From the NCBI RefSeq assembly GCF_964213995.1, contig NC_135806.1, positions 24,862,001-24,926,000 on the forward strand: a stretch of DNA of 64,000 bases, written 5' to 3'. The position numbers were made by a program, and so were the translations under genes. The notes under the pieces were generated by a model that made no database searches, was not told the origin of the DNA, and saw only the letters and a program-made list of their open reading frames with translations. This document shows, one piece after another, positions 25,125 to 36,363 of the stretch (positions are counted from its first letter, which is position 1; the number at the start of each line of letters is the position of its first letter). Source of the DNA: Mustelus asterias. Lineage: Eukaryota.

Positions 25125-25175
25125 TTCACCCCTTCCTTTAAAAAAAAACAACACGGGGATGAAGCGGAAACAATA

Positions 25176-28100
25176 TTACAAGTTCAGACGAACCAGTGGC
25201 TTGATACGCCGCCGCGATTGTTGTAGTGCAGGTCGCAGAGTCGTCCGAGCAGGGAGCGATGTCGGCCCAGGCTCCGTACAGTGAGCGTCGAGAGAAGGCG
25301 CCAGATGGTGTGAAGCGGACCGATCCGTCATCCCGTCCAGTCGTCGGGTACTGCGTGGCAACGGCTCTGGCGACTCAAGCGAGCTGTACACAGGGGCGAG
25401 AGGAGTGAGCAGTGGCCCTGGTGGCGTATGGGGAACAGTGGGAACCGGAGCTAGGGGGTGGGGGGCCGCAACAGGCTCTGGGCGCACTACATTGGAGACA
25501 GGGACTGAGGGAGGAAGAGGCGCAGCAAACTCCGAGTGGACAACACCAGGGACTGTGGGGCGGAAGGACGTGGTGACCTCAGGGGCACCCGCGGGTGCCA
25601 AGTCACGGACAGAAACCGTGTCCTCCTGCCCATCAGGGTACGCTACGTAAGCGTATTGAGGATTAGCGTGGAGCAATTGGACCTCCTCGACCAAGGGATC
25701 TGCCTTATGGGTCTGGACATGCTTCCAAAGCAGGATGGGCCCCGGGGACATCAGCCAATCCGGGAGCGAAGTACCCAAGGAGGACATCCTGGGAAACGAA
25801 AACATCCACTTGTGAGGGGTCGTATTGGTCGCTGTGCACAAGAGTGACCTAATGGAATGTAATGCGTCCGGAAGGACGTCTTGCCAACGGCTGACTGGAA
25901 GGCCCCTAGACCGTAACGCTAATAGAACGGCCTTCCAGACGGTTGCGTTCTCCCGCTCTACTTGACCATTGCCCCTGGGGTTATAGCTAGTGGTGTGGCT
26001 GGAGGCAACGCCTTTGGCGAGCAGGTACTGCCTCAGCTCGTCACTCATGAAAGAGGACCCACGATCGCTAGGAACATAGGCTCGGAAGCCGAACAGGGTG
26101 AAGAGCTTATTCAGGGTCCGAATCACTGTAGCCGTGGTCATGTCCGAGCAGGGGAAGGCAAAAGGGAAACGTGAGTATTCATCAATGATATTCAGGAAAT
26201 AAACATTGCAGTTAGAGGGAGGGGGCCTTTAAAATCAATGCTAAGGCGCTCAAACGTGCGAGTGGCCTTTACAAAGTGTGCCCTACCTGGCCGGTAGAAC
26301 TGCGGTTTGCACTCAGCGCAGAACCTGCATTGCCTGGTAATCGTCCGGACTTCCTCGAGGGAGAAGGGCAGGTTACGGGATTTGACAAAATGGAAAAATC
26401 TGGTGACACCCGGATGACAGAGGTCGTTATGGAGGGACTGTAGCTGGTCTAGTTGGGCGCTGGCACATGATCCACGGGACAGGGCATCTAGGGGCTCATT
26501 GAGCTTCCCGGGCCGGTACATGATGTCATATCTGTAGGTGGAGAGCTCAATCCTCCACCGCAAGATCTTGTCATTCTTAATCTTGCCCTTTTGCCTGGTG
26601 TTAAACAGGAAGGCAACTGACCGCTGGTCCGTAATTAAGGTGAATCGTTGGCCCGCAAGATAATGGCGCCAGTGCCGGACGGTTTCCACGATGGCCTGGG
26701 CCTCCTTCCCGACCGAGGAGTGTCGAATCTCAGGGCCTTGTAAGGTCCGGGAAAAGAAGGCCACCGGACGGCCCCTCTGGTTAAGGGTGGTGGCTAGGGC
26801 AAAGTCAGATGCATCACTTTCCACTTGGAATGGGATGGATTCGTCCACAGCATGCATTGCGGCCTTCGCGATGTCCGCTTTGATGTCGTCGAAGGCCCGA
26901 CGGGCCTCCTCCGCCAGGGGAAAAGAGGTCGATTTTAGGAGCGGACGGGCTTTATCCGCGTAACGGGGAACCCACTGGGCATAATAGAAGAAGAAGCCCA
27001 GGCATCTCCTCAGTGCTTTGAGGGTAGTAGGAAGGGGAAGCTGCATAAGGGGACGCATACGGGCTGGGTCGGGGCTAAGGACACCATTTTCTATCACGTA
27101 CCCAAGGATGGCGAGGCGGCGTGTCCGGAAAACACACTTCGCCTCATTATATGTGAGGTTCAGGAGAGTGGCCGTACGTAGGAATTTTTGTAGGTTGGCA
27201 TCATGATCCTGCAGGTCATGGCCGCAGATGGTGACGTTATCCAGATACGGGAAAGTGGCCCGTAGCCCATGCTGGTCTACCATTTGATCCATGGCCCGCT
27301 GGAAGACTGAGACCCCATTGGTGACACCAAAGGGGACTCGGAGGAACTGGTAGAGGCGGCCATCCGCCTCAAAGGCAGTATATGGGCGATCCTCCGAGCG
27401 GATAGAGAGCTGGTGGTAAGCCGATTTCAAATCGATCATCGAGAAAACCCTATAGTGCGCGATGCGGTTGACTATGTCCGCGATACGGGGAAGAGGATAC
27501 GCATCTAGTTGGGTATACCTGTTTATGGTCTGGCTGTAGTCAATCACCATGCGGTGTTTCTCCCCCAATTTAACTACGACCACTTGCGCCCTCCAGGGGC
27601 TGGTGCTGGCCTGGATAATCCCTTCCCGGAGCAACCGTTGTACCTCGGACCGAAAGAAGGCCCAGTCATCCGCACTATAGCGCCTACTCTTGGTGGCTAT
27701 AGGCCTACAATCCGGGGTGAGGTTATCAAATAAGGCGGGGCGGGTGATCTTGAGGGTCGAGAGACTGCAGGTGGTGCGCGAGGGGCGCTGCAGTGACGGC
27801 GCCTTGCAGACGGAAAGCGGGGGGTAAGGGCCATCATACTGCAGGGTGACGCTCCTATGATGGCTGAGGAAATCTAACCCCAGCAGTACAGCTGCGCAGA
27901 GTCGCGGCAGCACAAGGAGCCGAAAACACTCGTAGACTGTGCCCTGTACCGTCAGCGTCACCAAGCAGCACCCGAGGACCTCCACCGAGTGGGAATTCGA
28001 GGCCATGGAGATGGTCTGGCTCCAGGGTCGCATGGGAAGGGCATATTGACGCACTGTGCAAGGGTGTATAAAACTTTCCGTGCTCCCACAGTTGAACAGG

Positions 28101-29137
28101 CAGTTTTCTGCATGACCATTTACGTTGATCTCCATTATTGACTTGGAGAGTTGAAGAGGCTGCGACTGGTCCAGGCAAATCGATGCCACCGTCGAATCAA
28201 AGAAGAATCTGTCTTCGTTGCCGTCTGATGACGTCACGGATAAAGCTTCCTGCTCAGCGCGTCTTGATGCCAGTCTCAAAGATGGCGATTCCCGCACTTC
28301 CGGTGACCGCATCAAAGATGGCGATTCCCGCACTTCCGGTGACCGCAATAAAGATGGCGATTCGCGCGCAGCCGCCGCCTCCATTAAAGATGGCTGCGCC
28401 CGCGGAACACACGTGGCGCCACGAGGCTTCGGAAGCGGCTTTGACCGGCAGACTTTAGCGAAGTGGCCTAGCTTACCGCATCCGGAGCAAATCGCGTCCT
28501 TCGCCGGGCAGCGACGCCGGGGGTGCTTGGGTAGGCCGCAAAAGTATCATTTGGGCCCCGCCGGAACAGCCGTCGCGGTGGAGCCGTCAGTAGAACGGGA
28601 TGCAAGGTATGACCCGAGATTGTGAGAGGCCGTTTCTAACGTTTCAGCCATCGTGGCTGTTCTTCGGAGATCTAGGTCATCTTGTTCCAGCAGGCGCTGC
28701 CGGATGTATGTAGACTCAATGCCCGCGACGTAGGCGTCGCGGATCAGGTCCTCCGTGTTCTGAGCTGCTGTAACAGCCTTACAGTCACAAGCTCGAGCTA
28801 GGACCCGCAGGGCGCGCAGAAATTGGGCGCACAATTCTCCTGGCTGCTGCTTGCGGGTAGTTAGGAGATGTCTGGCGTAAACCACGTTAGGGCTCTTTCG
28901 GAACTGCCCTTTTAGGAGTTCGATAGCGTCCGCGTATGTAGCAGCGTCCCGGAAGATTCCATAGACTGCTTCGCTTACCCGGGCATGGAGCACGTGGAGT
29001 TTAGCGTCGTCGGTGTCGATGGCCGTAGCGGTGTCGACGAATGCTACGAAGCAGTCCAGCCAATGATCGAATTTATCAGAGGCTCCAACCTCTTGAGGGT
29101 CTAATGCTATCTTGTCAGGTTTTAGAAACTGCTCCAT
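25176..29137 (-). pseudogene. Gypsy gag-pol polyprotein, originally one ORF, with one nonsense codon (28547-28549) and one frameshift (~26200)
   Basis: Gag MEQFLKPDK...; zinc-knuckle region *YFCGLPKHPRRRC / CSGCGKLGHFAKVC; protease CLFNCGSTESF; RT IDLKSAYHQ...PFGVTNG...YLDN; RNase H ESDASD...TDQ; integrase HNDLCH...CRFC, DFKGP, SDRGSSF, NGQVER. ORFs 28547-29176 and 26192-28384 are in the same frame. Confidence 0.92.
28278..28395. repeat. 36-bp tandem repeat between gag and protease (SPSLxRSPEVRE)
   Basis: AAAGATGGC recurs at 28278, 28314, 28350 and 28386. Confidence 0.9.
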
Positions 29138-29162
29138 GCTGGTCAACTGTTGTGAATAAAAT

Positions 29163-29407
29163 TGATGCGCTATCAATAAGGCGAAAGACTACCGGTGTGC
29201 CAATACAAGTGTAGGCTTTTATTCACAACAGAATCAGGAACAGATCCCAACAAGTAACCGACCTGGACTGAACAAGGGGGAGGAGACAGCCACCTTTATA
29301 CTAGGTGCCGAGGGGAGGAACCAAACTGGAAGGGAATGTGTCCAGGTGTGACAAGCACACACAACGGTGGTCCATATAGGACAAAGGCACAACTGAGGTC
29401 CACCACA
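29163..29407 (-). repeat. 5' LTR of Gypsy element 1
   Basis: TATAAA (29295-29300, minus) and AATAAA (29218-29223, minus). Confidence 0.95.
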
Positions 29408-30366
29408 CACGGTTGACTGCCCTGTCAACCACAATTTGGGGAACTCTCGGCTCAGGAAAAAGGGAGATATATCAGAAACGCTGTTTTGCCCGCTTTAGCT
29501 AATTGTGCACTTGTAAAAAGATCAAACCATCCAAAACCTCATTAATTCTCTGTCTAATTACACATATGTGTTTAAAAGAAAGGCAGAACTCTCTTCAAGG
29601 GTTTCTGGAGGAAAATTGGAATGACTTATTTTTTGAATTAAAGGTCAATACAACATAAGCTGGCAATTAAACATCAATTGAAATAAATGACATCACCCTT
29701 CAACTTTTTTCATTGGCCCATCATATCGAGATCTTAATTGCCACGACTTCTGAGGTTTGGAAGCTGAAAAAGGATCACAAGATTTTAATTATTCTTGGTT
29801 GAATATGACAACCCTTGTTTTATCTTTCGGCGGTATCTATGGATCTATAAAGACAGAAACAGAGTTAACAAAAAGATAAAAGCAAAATACTGTGCGGATG
29901 CTGGAATTTGAAACAAAACCATAAAATGCTGGAAAATCTGTGGAGAGAGAATAGAGTCAATGTTTCGAGTCTGGGTTACCCTTCGTCAGAGCTAACAGTT
30001 CAGGTTGATGATATTTCTTCAAACCTCAGTGACAGGAGTGCAGTTTTGTAGCCAAGCTAAAGGCTAGATGAAAGGTCATCGACCTGAAACATTGGGTAGA
30101 CAAAAACGGTCTTAATTCCCAGTCGGAAACACAGAAGTGGCCATGGCAGCGCATCAGTTGTGATCCAATTCCAGTGGAGGTCAATTGAGAAGCAGTCTCA
30201 GGGAACTTGTCCAATTAAGGATGGTGGGCAGATCAGGGAACCAGCAGTACCAGGAGGAGGGTTCGCAGAGTGGCAGCCCCACTGGTAGAGGTGAGTACTG
30301 CTGAGGCAGACAGGACAGCGAAGGCACTTCAATGAAGGGGTGCCTTCTGAAGCATTGTGAAATTGT

Positions 30367-30668
30367 CATAGAACTCCTACAGTGCAGAAGAGGCCATTCA
30401 GCCCATCGTGTCTGAACCGACTCTCTGACAGAGTATCCTACCCAGACCCTCTTCCCCGCCCAATTCTTGTAACCCCACACATTTACCATGACTAATCCAC
30501 CTAACCTGCGCATCTTTGGACTGTGGGAGGAAACCGGAGCACCCAGAGGAAACCCACGCAGACACTGGGAGAGTGTGCAAACTCCACATAGACAGTCACC
30601 CAAGTCCAGATTGGACCTGGATCCCTGGAGCTGTGAGGCAGCAGTACTATCCATTGTGCCACTGTGCT
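30367..30668 (-). mobile_element. HE1/V-type SINE
   Basis: Head, core and tail on the minus strand. Confidence 0.85.
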
Positions 30669-31251
30669 GGAAATTGTGACTAATGCCCATGGCTTTGGGA
30701 GTGGGGGATTTAAGGGAGGTTGCCTCCAAACCCATCTCTGCAAGATCAGGAAAATTCAGCCTGTTAATTTGGCTTCTTCCTTCATGGATGCTGCCTGACC
30801 TGCCGAGTGTTTGCCAGTATTTCCTGTTTTTATTTCAGATTTCCAGCAACTGGGATATTTTGCTTTTGTTTTCTCTGCAGCAGCATATTGCTGAGTCATA
30901 ACTTGAAGGAAAAGATACAACCCAGGAATAGAGTTGTGGATGGAAATTTAGGGCTATGTAGAGCTCTGGTTTTAGAGTGTTAAGGTTTGAGTCAAATTAA
31001 AGTTCAAAACTCACCATTGTTTATTTCTGGGGCAAACATGTTTTCTAGTAATTTTTCACAGAACAAAACATGCTGAATGAACACAAAGTTTAATAAAACA
31101 GTTTATTTATTTCTTCACTGGTTATAAATTGACAGCCAAGTTGATTCATTTTGATGCCTTTTGATGTTCAGATCAGTCATTTGGGGAATTGTTAAAATTA
31201 AACAGCTTCTCTGGAGCTTGGATAGAAAATGTTACAATATTATCACATTAT

Positions 31252-31617
31252 GGGCAGCACGATGGCACTGTGGTTAGCACTGCTGCCTCAAAGCTCCAGG
31301 GACCCAGGTTCAATTCCGGCCCTGGGTCACTATCTGTGTGGAGTTTGCACATTCTCCCTGTGTCTGCGTGGGTTTCCTCCGGGTGCTCCGGTTTCCTCCC
31401 CCACTCCAAAGATGTGCAGATTAGGTAGATTGGCCATGCTAAATTGCCCCTTAGTGTCCCAAGACATGTAGGCTGGATGGATTAGCCATGGTAAATGTGT
31501 GGGGTTATGGGGATAGGGTGGGAGAGAAGGTCTAGATAAAATGCTCTGTCAGAAAGTCAATGCAAACTCGATGGGATGAATGGCCTCTTCTGCACTGTAG
31601 GGATTCTTTGATTCTAT
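31252..31617 (+). mobile_element. HE1/V-type SINE, full length
   Basis: GGGCAGCACGATGGCACTGTGGTTAGCACTGCTGCC head, GGTTCAATTCC B box, CR1-type tail. Confidence 0.88.
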
Positions 31618-32284
31618 GGAGAGACACATAGTTCTGCTAGTTCCTCTCCCTCTTCAAAAAGTTTACAATTTTCTTGATAAATAAAAGATTCTTTAAATTG
31701 AGAGAAACTTCCATCTTTCTGTCTGTTTATTTTTGTAGTTGTCAGACTTTTGAGGCATGACTGGGACCAGAGTTTCCAGTCTGCCTCCCAGGCCCTGTTC
31801 CTGAATACTGTCCTGTACACTGGGCTTTTGTGCCAAGTACAGGTACTTTCTCTTCATGGAGAGTTTTCTGGGCACTGGTTCCTGATTGGTGCCCTAACAT
31901 GCCAGCAGTCAAAGATATTTACTCACAGCTACTCCAGATATTGCTATCTTCTGTCCTTGAAGAGAAATGTCCCAGAGTTCATGGAGAATGTGCTGGACTA
32001 TCAGAATTGTCCCTTTCAGCAGAGACCCACAGTTATGATGGTAGCAGTCTATGCTACCATTTACCATGGCAGCAAATTTAGATCTCATTACTTCGGAGCT
32101 TCCATTGTAGCAATTACATATTGGGTGATTTCTACCCGCGCCGAATTGAAATCTGAGCCAGTGGACTTCCAGATGCTGCATTCTGGATCTCCAATTGCTG
32201 TCATGTCACTGGCTACCCATTTGCCTGCTGGAACGTATGGGCCCAAACGCATCATGACGCCCTTTGCCAAGTTGGATTTGGACT

Positions 32285-32860
32285 TGTAAGAGGGAAATAA
32301 AATGAGACGAGCCTTGGAGACTGTGTCGAACTTCAAGAAAAGTTTTTTATTCCACGTGCATGAGGGAGAGATGAACTCAGGCCTGAAATCCCAGGTTGCC
32401 TGCGAGTTCTCTCTGCCCATCATAGGTTCGTACAGGCTATTATACTTTTCCGTGTCACAAAGTTTTACATTATCGTATTAATTCCTCGAGTTGGATACAA
32501 GATGGTTCTTTTAATCTCATCATGCAAATACATTGTTCAGTATATCACTGCTAATCATTTCTCCGGACATCTCCCATATACTCGATTATAATGTCAAAGC
32601 ACTGTGTTTGCCAAACCGATCTACAACGATGTGCTAATTGCTCCCCCTCTGCTAGGTGATCATGTTTTCCAGAAGACTATGACCTCCCTAGACTATATGG
32701 AGCCTGGCTGTCTCAATGCCGCTTCTCTCATTGTCGTGATAACTCGGAAAGATCTCCTCCGCGTTACTATTGCTCGAAGTTGATAGCATATGTTAATCAT
32801 TATCTGTCAGCAGGAGCAGGCCTCTAACTGTCTGCGTTAACCCTTTTCTTCCCTCTGTTG
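32285..32860 (-). mobile_element. Probable ERV/Gypsy-type solo LTR
   Basis: Begins TGTAAGAGGG. Minus-strand AATAAA (32346-32351) and TATAATA (32438-32444) bracket a hairpin. The far end TTAACCCTTTTCTTCCC resembles the start of the LTR at 59912. No TSD confirmed. Confidence 0.55.
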
Positions 32861-32949
32861 TGGCCTGGCTCTCTGGGCTTGCCCTATGTAACTCTGCATG
32901 TATTACACTGAAATCAAACAAAATATGAACGGACACATAAATTAAAATA

Positions 32950-33895
32950 TAAAAGACATGATCCCTAATAGTGCCCTGCAACAGGGCTCCTCCATGCTCC
33001 TCGACATTGATAAGAGGTTGTATGGCAGATCGGCAAATGCACTGAGCATTATGTTGTGCACTTTTATCATGATTTTCCTGTCTGCTGCCCTCTCAATATC
33101 CTCATCCGATTCCCCAACAGCAGAACTTGTCTGTGACTTTGTCCTCCGATAAACTGGCATGTGAGCCTGCCACAGCTGAATAGCTGGAGGTACATGGAAG
33201 CAGTGATATTTGGGTATAAGGCTGACATTATTGAATGGTGTGTAAGTGTGACGGGGACTATCTGGATGTAAGGCCTAAGTCTTTACTGCGAGGGACTGAT
33301 GCTATGGTGCATTGAGCAAGACGAGAGGTTGGAATTGTGGTGGGCAAGAGGGGTCATGTGAAGACGCATTCACTGACCTTGACCACTGATGTGAGGTCAC
33401 TGAATATTTTCATGCCAAGGTCTTGGGGCCCAAACTCCTTAAACTGACTTCCCTGTCCATCTGCTCCCATTCTCTTCAGAAGGCATTCCTTGGTGGTCTC
33501 CAGACTGCTCATGGAAACATTACCTGTCTGTCAATAGACCCTTGAGTGGTACGTCCATGCGTGTGAGAGCCTTCTTTTTGCTCTGGCTTGTTTTCAAATC
33601 TAGATAATTGCAGTACTGGCAGTCAACAGCAGCTTCCTTTCAATCAGTGCTGCTGACATTTAAGAGGGACCGGCTGCCTCTTAAAGCTGGAGGCTAGCTA
33701 CAATATGTGCTGGCTTCTCATGCTGTTAGGTACCCTGTTGAATGGGTAGTGGTCATGCTTGACTGCATGCCACAATCAGCCAAAATGAAAAGGAAACACA
33801 AAGTTTGCATGCTGCCTGCTTTAACAGAACCAGACCTGGGTGGATCACATACCCCAACCCCCGGGCTTGAAAATGTGCAGGCAAATTTTTAGCCC
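32950..33895 (-). mobile_element. Harbinger remnant (Myb-like gene region and one end)
   Basis: RPPRNAF*REWEQMDREVSLRS-type Myb/SANT remnant at ~33380-33540. Ends AATTTTTAGCCC followed by TAA. Confidence 0.5.
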
Positions 33896-34219
33896 TAAAT
33901 TAATCTATTCAGCAGGTTGCACTGTGTCCCTAAGGTGTTAAGGTAAGCCTGGTCTCTTGTGCCTGATGCACAATAGAAAGCTGCAGACAATCTGTTGTAC
34001 TGCCTCGAAAATACTCCTGTTCCAAGAATGTTGCTGCACTCAGAGATAACTACATAGGTTTGCAAAGAGAACAGAGCACAGCGCTGGGTTGAAAATTTAA
34101 ACAACATGCCTTGTCATTCAGTGGGACTAAATCAGAAACTGTGAATTGTTGCCCTCCTATTTAATCCTGAGCTGAGATTCAAATCCCACTTGCATTTTCA
34201 ACCTGTGGACTGTGTCCAT

Positions 34220-34910
34220 TAGCCCTTTCATCATGAATACTCTTATCAACGCTTTTATCACCTTTAGACTCAATTATTCGACTGTTCTCCTTTCTGGCAT
34301 CTTCACCCTCCATAAAATCCAATTTACCAAGACAAATCCACTCATATCCAAATCTGTATGTTCATCAGCATATACTGATTTTCTGGCCGACAGAAATTAA
34401 ATTCCTCACATTTAAGCCACTCCATAGTCTTTCTCTACACTCTTATCCAGCATGAATTCCATGATGTGGAGATGCCGGCGTTGGACTGGGATGGGCACAG
34501 TAAGAAGTCTCACAGCACCGGGTTAAAGTCCAACAGGTTTATTTGAAATCACAAGCTTTCGGAGCACTGCTCCTTCATCAGGTGAAGGAGCAGCGCTCTG
34601 AAAGCTCGTGATTCCAAATAAACCTGTTGGACTTTAACCTGGTGTTGTGAGACTTTTCAGCATGAATTCCCACCACCGCACAACTGCCAGTCATTGGCAG
34701 TGTGAAGTCTGCTGAATCTGGCTCTTTGATGCACCCCCCTTTTTATACACCAACAGTGATAGCAGGGCCTTCAGCCTGGCCACACTTTCTGGAACTCCTT
34801 CTCTAAATCCATTCACCTCTCGACTTCAACCTCCTCCTTTAAAGGCCTTCTCAAAATCCATTTTTTTAACCTAGGTTTCCATCACCCTACTTAATCTCTC
34901 CTTCTATAGA
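34220..34910 (+). mobile_element. L2 LINE 3' fragment, interrupted by a Penelope hairpin
   Basis: NTLINAFITFRLNYSTVLLSG corresponds to the L2 ETLIHAFVTSRLDY motif; 3' 'SFKGLLKIHFF'. Confidence 0.65.
34461..34657. mobile_element. Penelope-like terminal palindrome, 13-bp TSD CAGCATGAATTCC
   Basis: ~73-bp inverted arms around a 5-nt spacer. TSD at 34448-34460 and 34658-34670. Related to 54327-54856. Confidence 0.85.
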
Positions 34911-35479
34911 TCACCAACTGTTTCCCATCATGAAGTACCTCAGGAGCTTTTTTTGTTAACTCTAAAGCCACTATATAAAGACAAATTTATTAATAATATT
35001 GTGTTATGTAATGTGTGGAGAAGAAGATGAAATTTGACTCTAACAAGATTTACAATAGCGCTGGGTATAGCTCTGAAAGAACTAATGTTCTTCTCTGGTA
35101 ATAAATATGTTAAAAAACCCATGCACAGATAAATTCCTGTTTATAGATTCTTATTTCATCCAAGAATAAGTGTAGTTATTGCGATGGAGAATTTTCACTT
35201 AGTTTGATTTCTTTCTATCTAACAAATTAATTCAATGGTATGACTCATTACTCAGTTCCTTATGCTGTGTTGCATCAACCAGATGACTCAGCTATTTTTT
35301 AAAATAAGGTGACTCGGTGCTAATAACGTTAGTAACTGATAGATCTTTGTTTTATTATGGTTAGTTCTGTGAAAATTCACCAAGATGATACTTCTTGTAC
35401 TCCATGGATTGTGCCTGTAATTGGGATTGAAATATTTGTGATATCTCAACATTGAGTCCTGATTTAATAATTAAACATG

Positions 35480-35691
35480 TCCAAAGATATGCAAGTTAGG
35501 TGGATTGGCCATGCTAAGTTGCCCTATACTGTGCAAAGGTGTGTAAATTAGGTGGATGAGTCATGGTAAATGTGCAGGGATACAGGGATGGGACAGGGTG
35601 GGCCTGGGTTGGATGCTCTTTTGAAGAGTCGGAGCAGACTTGATGGGCTGAATGGCCTCCTTCTACACTGTAGGGATTCTATAGTTCTATG
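35480..35691 (+). mobile_element. HE1/V-type SINE 3' half
   Basis: GTCCAAAGAT...GGATTGGCCATGCTAA...GGGCTGAATGGCCTCCTTCT...GATTCTAT. Confidence 0.75.
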
Positions 35692-36363
35692 TAAGGTAAA
35701 AGGTTGTTTGAAGATGAGTGATTTGTGATTGAAATCACAGAAATTATTGCTATGTCTGTTTCTTTTTCCATTCTGTTGTTATATTGTTCCTTTTCACACC
35801 AAACTCTAACTGAAATAATATTTTGGCCTAGCAATTTAGAGGCATCCGTCTTTTAGCACTCAGTGTTCCCAGGCCCCATGCCAGAATGGTGGGGTTGGAG
35901 ACCCCCTGATGTTAAACCTCAAATCTCATTTAATGGAGCCAACTTGGAACAGGTTAAAAAGTCATGAGGACTGCAAAGAAATCAGACCATTGCTAGCATT
36001 GCACCGCCCTTAAATAAATAGCTGTAAATGGAGGTGGGGAGGGAGTGAGACGACTTGGAATAATGTCCATGGTTTGGCCTGGGAGATGCATAGGAGAAAT
36101 TGCAGTTGAGGGGCTCAGAGCTGGGGTAAAGGGAGGCATGATCAGGGTTTAGATCTAGTTGTGGGAGATTGGGAGAGGATTTAAGGGCATGAGTAAAAGG
36201 CATCCTGTTTGTTCTTTGCCAATATGGTAGGTAGCACACCTTCATTTGGGAGATGCCCTTTCCTGCCTTCTATTATGGGGTCATAGCACAGCTCTGTGGT
36301 AATGTGACCCCTTTGAGGGCCACGTGATCAGGTCGGACCCTATGGAAAGGCCGAGTGCTTTCC

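Larger units (their letters stand above)
24883..29407 (-). mobile_element. Near-complete Ty3/Gypsy LTR retrotransposon (4525 bp), TSD CACGG
   Basis: LTRs 24883-25124 and 29163-29407 (TG...CA; I count 9 substitutions and one 3-bp indel). 5-bp TSD at 24878-24882 and 29408-29412. PPT AAAGGAAGGGGTGAA. Domain order gag-PR-RT-RH-INT. Confidence 0.97.

Noticed and set aside
28278-28395. CRISPR-like regularly spaced repeats
   Set aside because: Contiguous in-frame tandem repeat in a eukaryotic retrotransposon; no unique spacers or cas genes.
31252-31325. tRNA genes at SINE heads
   Set aside because: A/B boxes are present but continue into SINE core and tail; no complete cloverleaf.
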